Below, one piece after another: positions 38,184 through 48,690 of a DNA stretch of 64,000 bases (the stretch's first letter is position 1; every line of letters starts with the position of its first letter). The stretch lies in sequence record PQ227241.1; one strand, written 5' to 3'. The position numbers and the translations under genes were made by a program. Below the pieces are notes generated by a model, which saw only the letters and a program-made list of their open reading frames with translations, searched no databases and was not told the DNA's origin.

Positions 38184-40200
38184 CTTTAACTAGTAAGTCA
38201 TATGGATGGTCATTCCTCATCTTGTTAAGGAAACTGCCTGGGTTATTTAGTGGCTCATGCTGCTTTTCGAAAGCCATCGCACCACCTAAACTACGACATT
38301 GCATTAGCCTATTATATTTTTCAAATTGGCCATTAATACCGGGTTTAGGTAAGCGATAGTCTCGATATTGAGCTGAACGGATCATCATAGCGTATATCAA
38401 GATCTCACAATGGGAAATATTAAGGCTAATCTTTTCATTAGCCATTGTTGCAAATACAGGTAGTGCTTCAATTGGTGACTTGTAGTTTTTAAGATACGTT
38501 TTAGACGTATATCCAACTTTCTCAGTGCTTAGTTTACCTGCCTCGGCTGAGTCACTACCGGAATGTAAGAAACTTTGGAATCGTTTCATTACTTCATACA
38601 TGTTTACGTGCTTATTTGGTAGCGTTAAGAATGGTAGGTTAAAATCAAAACCACGAAGACTAATGACGATATTGTCTCGCTGATCTAGTTCCCAACGGAC
38701 CATCTTAATATGCTTTAGCATTTCAATAGATAGACTAGCCCTACGGTTATACAGCGACACAGTCAGAACATCACCACATTCACCATTCACCTCATCATCA
38801 TAGACTAGGGCCAGGCTGGTTAGTTCAGTAGCTGAAGTAGCTGGATATGCAGTAAGGTCATCAATCATTAAAATGTCAGCAAGGTTTTCTGCCTCTGACC
38901 GTGCGATTACTAAACGATAATCCTTCTGAGTAAGTTCTTTCTTTAGATATAGTGTCTCTGGGATTTCACCTGTTCTTAAATAATTACTTTCAATTTTGCC
39001 AAGTTTATATTGTTCTACAGCAGAAGACGCATCGGTGTGTTTAGTAGACAATACTGCTGAAGTAATTTTGTCACCCATCGATACGGCAGCAACCTGACCG
39101 ATATTAGTTCCTTTTGGAATATTGATACCTAGTCGGCCATAACAAGTCATACAGATACCCTGACTATCTGGATGATTACATCCAAATACAGACCTGAATT
39201 TCTGTTTAGTTCCAATTAGGTGTGTTTCATTTCCACGGATCCAGTCTAGTTTACCATCTTCTTTTTGATAATATTTTCCTTTGAATGCTTTTAAAGTTAA
39301 CTTAGTTACAGGATACTCAGCTAAGATTGTGGTCTTACAATCACCAGGATGTAGCCTTTGGACATATTGTGCAATAAGCTGAGATTTCCGGTTAAAGTAT
39401 TCAGTTACTCGCAGTAGTTCTTTGTTATATAGTAGTGCTTTAGTACCTGAACGAGATTCAATCATATTCTCATACAGATTCCAAATACCATCAATATAAC
39501 CAGTTGTTACCGGATATTTAAAGATATCTGAGTTAATGTCAGTTGGAAAGCCCCGCCAAGCAAATGCTTGTAGAAGCTGTTCAGTTTTCTGAGTACCAGA
39601 ACGAAGACCTTCAATGATGCTGTTACCAATGAATTGGGTAGGATCATTAAATACTTCTTTGACTTTACCATAACTAATTTTTTCGATACCATAAGTAGTT
39701 GGTTCGATATTATGGTTAGCCTCACGTACCTTGGGATGATTATATACTTCAGCAATATCAAACATCGACAAGGTTGCTAGATATTCAGACAGTTTCACAG
39801 TGGTCTGATTATACAGCCAGTTCTTACCTTCAATAGCCAGTTTAGATAGTACTTCAGGATCTACTGTTTCACCTGACCAATCATAGATGTTCCAAATAGC
39901 CTTATTTAAATGCTTAACCATGGCCTTAGATGTTACTCGGCCACCTTCAACATTTAGATAATCTTTAGGGTTATCAGTTAAGATGCGATTGAAATCGATA
40001 TGGTGATCAGATGGAATTGGGCAATCTTTATAATGTTTAAGAGGATACCAACACAGAACGGATAATTTGGTAATACGGTCAACTGACACAACCGTTTTAC
40101 CATCATCAAATTCGATTAGATGCCATTCTGAAGGGAGTGACCATAAATCATCATAACTTAGATTTAGAAGATCACGCGCTTTATAACGATTAAGATTCAT
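38167..40200 (-). CDS. Non-virion RNA polymerase beta' C-terminal subunit (gp74 orthologue)
   Basis: 677 aa; ESRSGTKAL bridge helix, GICMTCYG Zn site, IGQVAAVSMGDKITSAVLSTKHT trigger loop, GAMAFEKQ. Confidence 0.92.
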   Translation of the reverse strand: MNLNRYKARDLLNLSYDDLWSLPSEWHLIEFDDGKTVVSVDRITKLSVLCWYPLKHYKDCPIPSDHHIDFNRILTDNPKDYLNVEGGRVTSKAMVKHLNKAIWNIYDWSGETVDPEVLSKLAIEGKNWLYNQTTVKLSEYLATLSMFDIAEVYNHPKVREANHNIEPTTYGIEKISYGKVKEVFNDPTQFIGNSIIEGLRSGTQKTEQLLQAFAWRGFPTDINSDIFKYPVTTGYIDGIWNLYENMIESRSGTKALLYNKELLRVTEYFNRKSQLIAQYVQRLHPGDCKTTILAEYPVTKLTLKAFKGKYYQKEDGKLDWIRGNETHLIGTKQKFRSVFGCNHPDSQGICMTCYGRLGINIPKGTNIGQVAAVSMGDKITSAVLSTKHTDASSAVEQYKLGKIESNYLRTGEIPETLYLKKELTQKDYRLVIARSEAENLADILMIDDLTAYPATSATELTSLALVYDDEVNGECGDVLTVSLYNRRASLSIEMLKHIKMVRWELDQRDNIVISLRGFDFNLPFLTLPNKHVNMYEVMKRFQSFLHSGSDSAEAGKLSTEKVGYTSKTYLKNYKSPIEALPVFATMANEKISLNISHCEILIYAMMIRSAQYRDYRLPKPGINGQFEKYNRLMQCRSLGGAMAFEKQHEPLNNPGSFLNKMRNDHPYDLLVKGGKLR

Positions 40201-40230
40201 TATTTACCTCTTGTATTATTAAACCCCTGA

Positions 40231-41154
40231 TCATTGATCAGGGGCATATTCTAATGCAATACCACTACATTCAAGCAGGTGATCAAACATAGCTACTGGG
40301 CGAGATCCACCAAATGGAATCTTTTCACGATCAACTGCAACTGGTACAGATGAAGGTTTTTCTGCTGTTAGCCAAGACTCGATAACCGCAGCATGCGCCA
40401 ATGGGTTATTAGTTTGGTCTAAGATTTCAGCAGTCGGACCTGGACCAACTGTACAGTTATATGACCGAGTTTCAGATTCACCGAATGACCGGATAGCTGT
40501 TTCTCGACCAGGTGTGCTAGCCCTATCAGCATTGTTTAACTTAGAAGGTAGACCAAATGGTTGTGTTTTTACAGATGCTGCTGCTGACCAGTCTTCACCA
40601 ATCTTTTCTAGTAGCATCATGTAAAGTGGACCCATTAAGACATTATCTTTAGTTGTTACCCACTTACCAGCTTGATCTCGATAAGATACCTTCCCATAGT
40701 GTGGTCGATACTTATCGCTATTAATTAATTTGTTGACTGCTGCCATTAGATCCACTGGATCATCAACTGGTGCGTAGATATATGGGAATCCATCCATTAG
40801 TACTGTTTTAACATGTTCTGCTGGATTTGGGTGTTCCATCATTTTACTATGCATTGTTGGAGCAATGATCTCATAGAAACCTAATAGTTCTTTAAATGCA
40901 TAATCAACCCATTGCGTATTACCCATTACACTATTTAGTTGTTGCTGGGTTGGTTTGGCATGTCGATCTAGTCCAGCTTCAACGCGTAGGCGTTGAGCTA
41001 GATCTCGTGCAGCTGCGCCAAAACCATGTTCATAAATTCGACCATAATTTGAACGACGCATGGTTGAACCACCAAAGATAATTAGATCTGCCCTATTACC
41101 ATTTTCGTCAATAGGCATATCTTCATCTTCCATTACCTTACAGATGACGCCCTT
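40231..41154 (-). CDS. Non-virion RNA polymerase beta C-terminal subunit, exon 2 (gp73 part of gp71-73)
   Basis: Frame extends 7 codons above the track ATG (KGVICKV-MEDEDMP); beta motifs DLIIFGG..RRSNYG, VLMGPLYMMLLEK, RSFGESE. Confidence 0.9.
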   Translation of the reverse strand, partial: KGVICKVMEDEDMPIDENGNRADLIIFGGSTMRRSNYGRIYEHGFGAAARDLAQRLRVEAGLDRHAKPTQQQLNSVMGNTQWVDYAFKELLGFYEIIAPTMHSKMMEHPNPAEHVKTVLMDGFPYIYAPVDDPVDLMAAVNKLINSDKYRPHYGKVSYRDQAGKWVTTKDNVLMGPLYMMLLEKIGEDWSAAASVKTQPFGLPSKLNNADRASTPGRETAIRSFGESETRSYNCTVGPGPTAEILDQTNNPLAHAAVIESWLTAEKPSSVPVAVDREKIPFGGSRPVAMFDHLLECSGIALEYAPDQ

Positions 41155-41461
41155 CGTTATGTTCAGGTAAGTTCGCTACGCTTACCCCGCCTCTCGTATT
41201 GCAGGCAGCTGCATGTCACCATGCAGACCAGACTATATCTTAACCTTCACTCTAGGTGGTCAGGTCCCTCCCATTTCCACTCGCTTGAGTGTACTCCGCG
41301 TAACCGGATAGTCGTTGAACGTTCAATCCATTTCTGGAAAGCTTCGCTGCTGATTGTCTCATTGAGATGTCCCAGCAATTAGAGAGGATTTACTTGACTC
41401 TTTCGAGATCAAGCAGGCAATTTGACAATATCCATTCCTGAGAGATGGATGGATATTAATT
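41155..41461 (-). ncRNA. Group I intron, ORF-less, 307 nt
   Basis: Exon 1 ends in U and the intron ends in G. Core elements AATTGCTGGGA, AATCAGCAGC, TTCAACGACTAT and AAGATATAGTCTG are shared with the second intron. Splicing restores HGG|KGV. Confidence 0.9.
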
Positions 41462-42655
41462 ACCACCATGAAAATCAGTCATCTTGAAAGCACCAGCAGG
41501 CATCTTTTGGGCTTTGTAAGTTACTTCGACTCGCCATTCATCTAGTGGGTCTAGTCGATAGAATCGAGATAGTTTACGGACATTATCAGGTTGAGGTAGG
41601 AACATCTGTGCAGTTACAATAAGACGTTCAAATTCCTCAGTGATATGTAGATCATCTTTACGACGTGCTAATAGACCACGATAGATCTTTAATAGTTCTC
41701 GATAATAACTGCTAAGATGAGTATGATATTTAACTAGTTGTGCATCCATTCCTGTTGGAGTAGGGGATGGATTTACACGCTCATCACGCCAAATATCAAT
41801 ATCAATAACCTTCGCACCAGGTGTGCCAATAACAGCTCTATCGAAAGTTCTATCTAGTGTACGAAGTGCCCTAGGAGTCATCTCGGCAGGAGCTAGATCA
41901 TCATTATGGTCACGGATGGCGAAGATTACACCATCTGGTCGGATAACATCGCCAATGTCTGGGAATGGTTTATAGACCTTATCATCGCCATACATGTTTA
42001 AGAAGAAAGCTTTCCTACCAGCATTAGCTACAGCCGTGCTATAACTAGTTGGCATCATCCTTTTAAGGAAATTCTTATTAGCTACGAATCCATCTTCAAT
42101 GGTACCAGCGGCAGATAGGAATACAACATTAGCATTAACACCCATCCCTAAAGTACCGTCTTTCTTAACTGCACCAGACTGTGCAATCACTGTGTCTTTA
42201 GAGAACATTTCATTTGGGGCAATGGTTTCCCACACTTCTCGATTCTTTACAAGTTCATAACCAAAGTCTTGGTGATGACTCATGTACTCGGGAACATGTA
42301 AGACACCAATGGTTTTATATTTGTCAAAATAGTTTTCGTAGATAATAGTTGTTACCGGGTTAGATCTAATACTGTCTTTACCAATACCCGTTGGATATTT
42401 TCTAAGAACATGTAGTACACGACAATCCTCAGGAAAACGAACATCATGTGTATACTTGGCATACTCTAATTCAGCACCCGTTAGGAAATAACGCGATTCA
42501 TTTCCATTTACTTCTGGTGCCTGGCCAATATGTGTTACAAACATAGCACCCCGTGCAGATGAGGTAGTGCCATACCAAGGATCTAAACCAGTATGCCCTA
42601 ATAGGGTTAGATCAATTTCACGTTTACCTAGTTCAGCCATTTTGTTTATCACCAT
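41462..42655 (-). CDS. Non-virion RNA polymerase beta C-terminal subunit, exon 1 (gp71); start probably 42640
   Basis: GVNANVVFLSAAGTIEDG and AFKMTDFHGG motifs. The spliced product from 42640 is 700 aa. Confidence 0.9.
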
Positions 42656-42752
42656 TAATTAGACAAGATGCAGTACTACTATATTTCTTATTTGCGCTGT
42701 TTTTAGATATAGCCTTTTGTAAGACTTCAATGTCTGGTATCACCAATCTCAT
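42633..42752 (-). CDS. Putative 36-39 aa leader ORF coupled to gp71
   Basis: AGGAGGT SD; in-frame ATG/TTG/GTG; MRLVIPDIEVLQKAISKNSANKKYSSTASCLINGDKQNG*. Its stop overlaps the gp71 ATG (ATGGCTGA). Confidence 0.45.
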   Translation of the reverse strand: MRLVIPDIEVLQKAISKNSANKKYSSTASCLINGDKQNG

Positions 42753-42777
42753 ACCTCCTGTTTACTAATTACAAATC

Positions 42778-42795
42778 AATGATATAGATCTTAAA
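42778..42795 (-). promoter_or_regulatory. phiKZ-type early promoter for the gp71-75 operon
   Basis: TTTAAGATCTATATCATT on the minus strand. Confidence 0.7.
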
Positions 42796-42804
42796 TAAAA
42801 TTTA

Positions 42805-43179
42805 TTGGAATTTATTATGGCATTCACACTGTTAGCTAATCAGCCAGATTCAGGTGAATCTGTTTATTATGAACCAGGGTTCAGATTAATTATTGAGACT
42901 CATTTGAATATCTTACGTAATGTCAGATCCACACGTATTCAGATTCCACCTGAACTGTATTACCAGTTCGAAGGAAACTTTTATGGATACATGGCAGAAC
43001 GCCGTGTCAATCCTGATATGTGGTGGATTCAAATGCGTGTTAATGGTTTAGTTAGCCCTTATGATTTTGGTAAAGTTCTAAGGGATCCTTCAGCTAATGA
43101 TTACACCAGCTATTTAATCATACCGAATAACGACATGATTCAACACCTCGTTAGCTTATATCAAACTAAAAAGTTTTAA
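42805..43179 (+). CDS. Probable baseplate wedge subunit, T4 gp53/P2 gpX-like
   Basis: 124 aa; FYGY...DMWWIQMRVNGLVSP resembles the YG...LWW.I...N....P pattern (inference). Confidence 0.5.
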   Translation: MEFIMAFTLLANQPDSGESVYYEPGFRLIIETHLNILRNVRSTRIQIPPELYYQFEGNFYGYMAERRVNPDMWWIQMRVNGLVSPYDFGKVLRDPSANDYTSYLIIPNNDMIQHLVSLYQTKKF

Positions 43180-43185
43180 AGCAAG

Positions 43186-43209
43186 CCAGGGGACCCTTAG
43201 GCCCCCTGG
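43186..43209. terminator. Bidirectional terminator between convergent genes
   Basis: CCAGGGG...CCCCTGG followed by TTTATG. Confidence 0.7.
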
Positions 43210-43220
43210 TTTATGCCGTG

Positions 43221-44612
43221 TTACAGTAGACGACCCATCATTTGGTTTCCACCTAGATTCATCATCGCGGTGTTACCATTACCAGCTAGAGCGGGGTTTA
43301 GTGCTTGTGCAAATCCACCACCCATCGGCATTTGATTGCCCATGAGTTGCATCATTTGCGGATGCATATTAGCCATCATTGGTTGCTGTGGCTGCATCAT
43401 CCCAGGCATTGCAAAGTTATTGTTCATCATAACAGGTTGTTGCATCATTCCGGGTTGAGCAAATTGGTTTTTCTGCCCAGCGTTTAGAAGATCTTGGATA
43501 GATGCTTTATTGCTAGTTTGAACTTGTTGTGCGGGACGTTGAGGTGCCTGAGTCATTGCTACAGCTTGACTCATAGATGGATTAACATTCACAGTTGTGC
43601 CTACTGGTACACGTGTAGAAGTAGTTTGTTCTTTAGCAGTATTACCCACTTTAACTACACTATCCTTTTTCTGGACAGGAATTTGGGCAACTGGGTTTAC
43701 AGTTTCAGAAGCTTCTTCTTCTACTTCATTGCTGACTCCTTCATTACCATCAAGAGAGGGGATCTCACGTTGCATCTTTGCAAAATCAGCAATCACCTTC
43801 TCATCAACTTTTGAATAAGGTTGAATAGCATCATCGAAGATCAGGCGATACTTATCAATAACACTATTTAGTTGAGTAGTGATTTTGTTAAATGCCTGGA
43901 TAAGACATACAAAATAAGGTGCTACCCGCTCAACTGTTCCTGCTGAATATTCAGTTGGTGAATCACCAAATGGTACAACTAGTTTAAATAGTTCGATTAG
44001 AACTGGCCGCTGTTTCTTAGGTACATTTACTCCAAGGATATCATCTTTAGAATAAAGATCCTCTACGATAGGGAACCGAATAACGCAGATACGGTTAACT
44101 GTCTTCCCATCAAATTTACCATTTGCTTTTAGATACACGCTTACAAAACGTGAACGTTTTTCAGCAGCTTTGACAACCTTATTAAACCACTCAATGGTAT
44201 CTGGCTTAGCACCGGATAGTTTCTTTAGGAAGTCTGAACATTCTGGTGGAATGTCTTTATGCAGAGTGGAGTCGGCAGCTACTTCTAAAATACGTGAAGT
44301 AAGATACTTCACAGTAAACATTAGATTAGCCTTAACTTGACGCTGCATATGCTGTAGTACTTGAGAAGTACCTAGCCGAGAGATCTTTTCAGATAGCGGG
44401 TGGAAGGCGATGTAATCATCGCCTAGCCCTTTACGAAGCCAATCTTTAGTAGGTACCACTAGTCGCTTACCATCTACCTTTGCAGGTGCAGGTCGACCAA
44501 GTGGATCGAGAATACTGATCATATCCTCTTCACCTACTTTGTATCGGAAAGCAGGTAATACTTGATCACTATAGAACTTGGAAAGAGAAATCGTAGGCAT
44601 TGTTATCACCAA
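43221..44612 (-). CDS. Conserved chimallivirus protein with M/Q/N/G-rich disordered tail (gp70 orthologue)
   Basis: 463 aa, immediately after PicA; low-complexity last ~130 aa. Confidence 0.7.
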   Translation of the reverse strand: MVITMPTISLSKFYSDQVLPAFRYKVGEEDMISILDPLGRPAPAKVDGKRLVVPTKDWLRKGLGDDYIAFHPLSEKISRLGTSQVLQHMQRQVKANLMFTVKYLTSRILEVAADSTLHKDIPPECSDFLKKLSGAKPDTIEWFNKVVKAAEKRSRFVSVYLKANGKFDGKTVNRICVIRFPIVEDLYSKDDILGVNVPKKQRPVLIELFKLVVPFGDSPTEYSAGTVERVAPYFVCLIQAFNKITTQLNSVIDKYRLIFDDAIQPYSKVDEKVIADFAKMQREIPSLDGNEGVSNEVEEEASETVNPVAQIPVQKKDSVVKVGNTAKEQTTSTRVPVGTTVNVNPSMSQAVAMTQAPQRPAQQVQTSNKASIQDLLNAGQKNQFAQPGMMQQPVMMNNNFAMPGMMQPQQPMMANMHPQMMQLMGNQMPMGGGFAQALNPALAGNGNTAMMNLGGNQMMGRLL

Positions 44613-46242
44613 ATTTAGGATTGATTTGAGCAGGTTGAGCTACAGGATGTTGATACGGTTGCATGTTAACCGGCTGACCACTACTGTTTAGAATGTTTTG
44701 TTGAGTCTTAGTTGGGATAACATTCTTAACAAGATAGGTAAGGTCATTAGAGATCATAGCCGGTGCAGATGCATCCCGAGTAATGACTGGACTAAACAGA
44801 CTATCAATGAAGGTCGGTGCGATGAATCGTTCTACCGATTCATGATTTAGACTGATATCAATAACAGTATCACCAGCTAAGTCAGAGTGCATGGAAATTT
44901 TAAACGGAATCTGGTTACCATAAGAGATACTGTTAATCGCATCGGTAATAAGACGACGTTCAAAGTCATTAATCTGTGGAGTCATATCAATTCCATCCAT
45001 GATACTCCTGGTACCATTTGGATGCATTTCGAATAGATAGTTATTCGCTCCATGTCCATTTGTAATTGCAAAGGAGGTTACCCGGAAATAGTTATCCATC
45101 ATGATTGCTGGAACTACTTGTGCAAGTAGAGATGCTGCAACAGTGTGATGATCTGCACCACCCCAATGCATGGAATGCTCTGCTCGGTTAACGAAGCGTT
45201 GAGAATTACCATTATCCATACCAGCTTTAACTACACCATCAACCAGTAGTTCAGGGAATACTCGTTGTAGGTCAGCCAGTGTAACAAAGCCACGTTCCAT
45301 GTAATTGCAGCGTTCTTTTAGAATGCGCATGAACATATTGGAATGGATATCTTGATTTCGAAGTACAGCAGATGCATCGCCTAGCATCACTTCATCAGAG
45401 ACACCTCCAAAGATATTATCGTTATCATTATTAGCCATCTCAGCTTCTTTAACAGAATGCTGCCATGCATTAAGAGTACTAGATAGATAACGAGTAGGAG
45501 AAGTATCACGGCGATTTGAATATTGGAAAGTGCCTGCTTCACCAACACTGGAGCGTTGGTCAATGATCCGGTCAAATACGCCTTGATGTAGTCCAGTTGA
45601 TTCAATGCGTTTAGCTACTTGCATCGTTTGCTGAATTTGGAAAACATCTTCTGGTCGTTGGAGATATGATGAAGTTCCAGTATACATGCTAAACCCGTTC
45701 TGAGGGATAGTAATATCACTCATGATATCGACGGGTGCAAGGATCTGGTTAGAACCTAGGATATGTGCTTGTTTGACTACACCGAACTCAGTTGGTCGTT
45801 GGCGCTCTACAATAACAGTTTCACTATTAAAATAGATACGCATGTTAGGATCTAGACTATTGCTAAGCGGACTAATAGAGCAATGGTCAGAGCAACCAAA
45901 TAGAATCCGGCAAGTACGGGTATTACCAAAGAAACGGTTATTCTCCCATACTTTCATCATGAACCTAAACCGGCGCTCACCCCAACCATTGACGATAGGG
46001 ACTTCACCTTGAGTTTGAGCACGTGGTGCAATCACATCAGCTGCAATTTGCTGCACAGCTGCAACACCTAGATTACGACCATCATTAGTTGCTTCTTTTA
46101 AACGTTCAATAGAGTTCTCAGTGACCTCTACCGTAAATGGTCGAACATGCTCAGGTTGATAAGTACCAGTCTGTACTAGAATGAATGATTCAATCTGTAC
46201 TTCAGTATTACCACCCATTGCTGAATTATTAAAACCTAACAT
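44569..46242 (-). CDS. picA: Phage-nucleus protein import factor PicA/Imp1 (gp69 orthologue)
   Basis: 557 aa, directly downstream of the gp68 nvRNAP subunit in the conserved chimallivirus order; called by synteny. Confidence 0.8.
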   Translation of the reverse strand: MLGFNNSAMGGNTEVQIESFILVQTGTYQPEHVRPFTVEVTENSIERLKEATNDGRNLGVAAVQQIAADVIAPRAQTQGEVPIVNGWGERRFRFMMKVWENNRFFGNTRTCRILFGCSDHCSISPLSNSLDPNMRIYFNSETVIVERQRPTEFGVVKQAHILGSNQILAPVDIMSDITIPQNGFSMYTGTSSYLQRPEDVFQIQQTMQVAKRIESTGLHQGVFDRIIDQRSSVGEAGTFQYSNRRDTSPTRYLSSTLNAWQHSVKEAEMANNDNDNIFGGVSDEVMLGDASAVLRNQDIHSNMFMRILKERCNYMERGFVTLADLQRVFPELLVDGVVKAGMDNGNSQRFVNRAEHSMHWGGADHHTVAASLLAQVVPAIMMDNYFRVTSFAITNGHGANNYLFEMHPNGTRSIMDGIDMTPQINDFERRLITDAINSISYGNQIPFKISMHSDLAGDTVIDISLNHESVERFIAPTFIDSLFSPVITRDASAPAMISNDLTYLVKNVIPTKTQQNILNSSGQPVNMQPYQHPVAQPAQINPKFGDNNAYDFSFQVL

Positions 46243-46258
46243 AGAACTACCTCAATTA

Positions 46259-47842
46259 TTACTGATTAAGTTTACCCAGATGAATTACCAGTTCGGTGAT
46301 CACCGACTTAATTGTGGCCGGTACAACAAGGACTTTATTCTGAGTTACCTGTTCTGCTTCTTTGAATAAACGATCGGGTCCATGATAGATCCAGTTACTA
46401 GATCTAATGGATGCATGTGCAGATTGCACAGCAATGCCCGCAATATTTACAGGTGCTACTGGAACACCGTTAATAGCTCGTTGTTGTCGCTGATGTGGAT
46501 AAAGTTCATCCATCACATCCTTATATTTAATTTGAATACGTGTACTATTACGTGGTTGAATGGACATTGCATGATCACCACTATAATACAATTCTACTTG
46601 CATAAATACAGCAACTTGTTGGAAACCCCAATGCCACATTAGTGACTGAGCTGCTGCCAACAAATGGTTAACTGCATTCTTATTAATGTGGCTGAATGCT
46701 CTTGCAGGAAAAGCTTTGTGCATTACCCATTGCGCAAGTAATATCTGGTGTGGATAGATATCTTTAGTAGCTGTAACTGCAACGCAATCTAGACATTCCT
46801 GAATTAACTCTAGTGGGACAGTGTCATCGATTTTGTGAACAAGTTTAACTACATCAAGAGCATCTAAGTTATAAGCTACGATATCACCAGGAGTAACTCG
46901 CTGTTTAGTTTTATGCGATTCGATAAATGATGTTTTATCATCATCATCAATACCACCTTTATCTGGCCGTTTATCATTAACCCGGTCAGCAGTTGATCGT
47001 TCCGCAGGGTTTAGATTTGACTTAACATATCTAAACATATTTGAAACGATGGAATGTGAGGTGACATCGTTTAATGGTAGGATGGTTAATCGCCTAACCA
47101 TAACTTTAGCCTGTAAGATATCCGGCACTTCAGCTGAACTCATACCCCTATAAAGGTTGGCTAAGGTGGGTGCTTCATCTTCTACACAAAACTTAACATA
47201 TGCACTTAGCTTATCATAAGCTGTTTCTACTGGAGTTCCATCGATTGATATTTCATCAACAGGCCAATGGTTAACCTCACAATCCGAGATGAGACTAATT
47301 ACTTCACACTCTTTATGCATTTCCTGAGAAGTGCCCTGATCAATAAACTCGCCCCAAATAGGTACTAAAGGACGAAGAGCTAGTGATACAGATGCAAGGT
47401 TAATATAGTCATGTTTCAGATATGTTTGATCTGGTCGATTATATCGTGAATCATCAGTGATAACTTCTTCAATATCTACTGGAATATAAAGTTTACCAAT
47501 AGTTAGTAGCCATCGCCGAAAACTGTTCATCGGCATGGCTTTATACATCTCTTTGATGTAATAGGATAGACTCATTGCAATCCTCATCGGATCCATAGCC
47601 ATATCCATGATCTTACGAATTTCTACATAACAATTCCAGATATGTTGTTGTGTCTCAGCACTTAGGCCACTCCAATAATCATTGATTTCTTGGAATACGC
47701 GTTGTTGATCTTGTACACGGATTTTACTATAAGCCGTAGTTGTCCAAGTTAAACGTTTACCATTGTGTTCTGTAGCCACTTCAGTAAAACCAGTACCTTG
47801 AACTCCTGTAACGATGATTTGCATTTTAACCTCTTTTACCAA
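46259..47842 (-). CDS. Non-virion RNA polymerase promoter-specificity subunit (gp68 orthologue); start probably 47824
   Basis: 521 aa from MQIIVTG (GAGG SD), matching the recalled gp68 size; synteny. Confidence 0.85.
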   Translation of the reverse strand: MVKEVKMQIIVTGVQGTGFTEVATEHNGKRLTWTTTAYSKIRVQDQQRVFQEINDYWSGLSAETQQHIWNCYVEIRKIMDMAMDPMRIAMSLSYYIKEMYKAMPMNSFRRWLLTIGKLYIPVDIEEVITDDSRYNRPDQTYLKHDYINLASVSLALRPLVPIWGEFIDQGTSQEMHKECEVISLISDCEVNHWPVDEISIDGTPVETAYDKLSAYVKFCVEDEAPTLANLYRGMSSAEVPDILQAKVMVRRLTILPLNDVTSHSIVSNMFRYVKSNLNPAERSTADRVNDKRPDKGGIDDDDKTSFIESHKTKQRVTPGDIVAYNLDALDVVKLVHKIDDTVPLELIQECLDCVAVTATKDIYPHQILLAQWVMHKAFPARAFSHINKNAVNHLLAAAQSLMWHWGFQQVAVFMQVELYYSGDHAMSIQPRNSTRIQIKYKDVMDELYPHQRQQRAINGVPVAPVNIAGIAVQSAHASIRSSNWIYHGPDRLFKEAEQVTQNKVLVVPATIKSVITELVIHLGKLNQ

Positions 47843-47856
47843 TGTAGATACATGTT

Positions 47857-47874
47857 AGTAATATAGATCTCAAA
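47857..47874 (-). promoter_or_regulatory. phiKZ-type early promoter for gp68-70
   Basis: TTTGAGATCTATATTACT, exact TATATTAC core. Confidence 0.85.
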
Positions 47875-47949
47875 TTTTTTTTAGTATAACGGCATTTAGT
47901 ACTGAGGGCATATCGGTGCCTACTTCGAGAGTAGGCACCGAAATATGTT

Positions 47950-48690
47950 TTAGAAGGAAGGCATATCCTCATCAAAAGCTGAGTCATTATAACTATTATT
48001 AGCCGGCTTAGCATAACTATTATTGCCGCCGTTGTTATAGTTATTGCGTTGACCACCGTTATTGTAACCGCCGCTATTACCATTACCCTGATTGAAATTA
48101 GCAGGGTTAGATACACCTTTAGCATCTGGATCGAATTCAGTTACTAGAAGATGCATTACTAGTTTATATGCGGGGTCTAGGAAACCGTATGCATAAGCAT
48201 CGGACATTTCCTTAGGTGATAGTTGACTACCATCTGCTTTGCGGATATCATGGAATTGGGATGGGCCAAAGAAGAATTTGATCTTTGGACGATCAGGTTG
48301 AGTGCTTAGCACTGCGATGTAAATTCGACCATCTTGTGCACGGCCAACATGTAGCTTAGAAAGCTCAATAAAATTATCACGCTTCTTACCAGCTACGAAG
48401 TTATTGCGGTAAACAAAGACACGTTCAGTATCTTCAGTTTTACCTTCAATTAAGTCCATTGCAAACTTAATGAAACATGCAAAGGTTGCTAGGTCAGTAT
48501 TGAACTCAATTTTACCATGGTCTTTATCACCAGGTACATTAGTACGAACAGTAACCCGTGGTTGGTTTTTAAACAGACCAAAACGCAGCGTCGGTCGTTT
48601 TTGAGAACCCTCACATGGTTTGGCATGTAGCCAAGTATTCATTACATTAAAAGGGTTAACTACGGGTGCATTAGACTGCTGTTGTGACAT
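47950..48690 (-). CDS. chmC: Nucleus-associated RNA-binding protein ChmC-like (gp67 orthologue)
   Basis: 246 aa immediately upstream of gp68; two-repeat beta/alpha core and a G/N/Y-rich tail with acidic tip (DEDMPSF); synteny with the recalled PhiPA3 gp61. Confidence 0.65.
   Translation of the reverse strand: MSQQQSNAPVVNPFNVMNTWLHAKPCEGSQKRPTLRFGLFKNQPRVTVRTNVPGDKDHGKIEFNTDLATFACFIKFAMDLIEGKTEDTERVFVYRNNFVAGKKRDNFIELSKLHVGRAQDGRIYIAVLSTQPDRPKIKFFFGPSQFHDIRKADGSQLSPKEMSDAYAYGFLDPAYKLVMHLLVTEFDPDAKGVSNPANFNQGNGNSGGYNNGGQRNNYNNGGNNSYAKPANNSYNDSAFDEDMPSF

Noticed and set aside
41134-41455. Gap between gp71 and gp73 read as a frameshift or pseudogene
   Set aside because: Fully explained by a group I intron with canonical U/G boundaries that restores the conserved motif in frame
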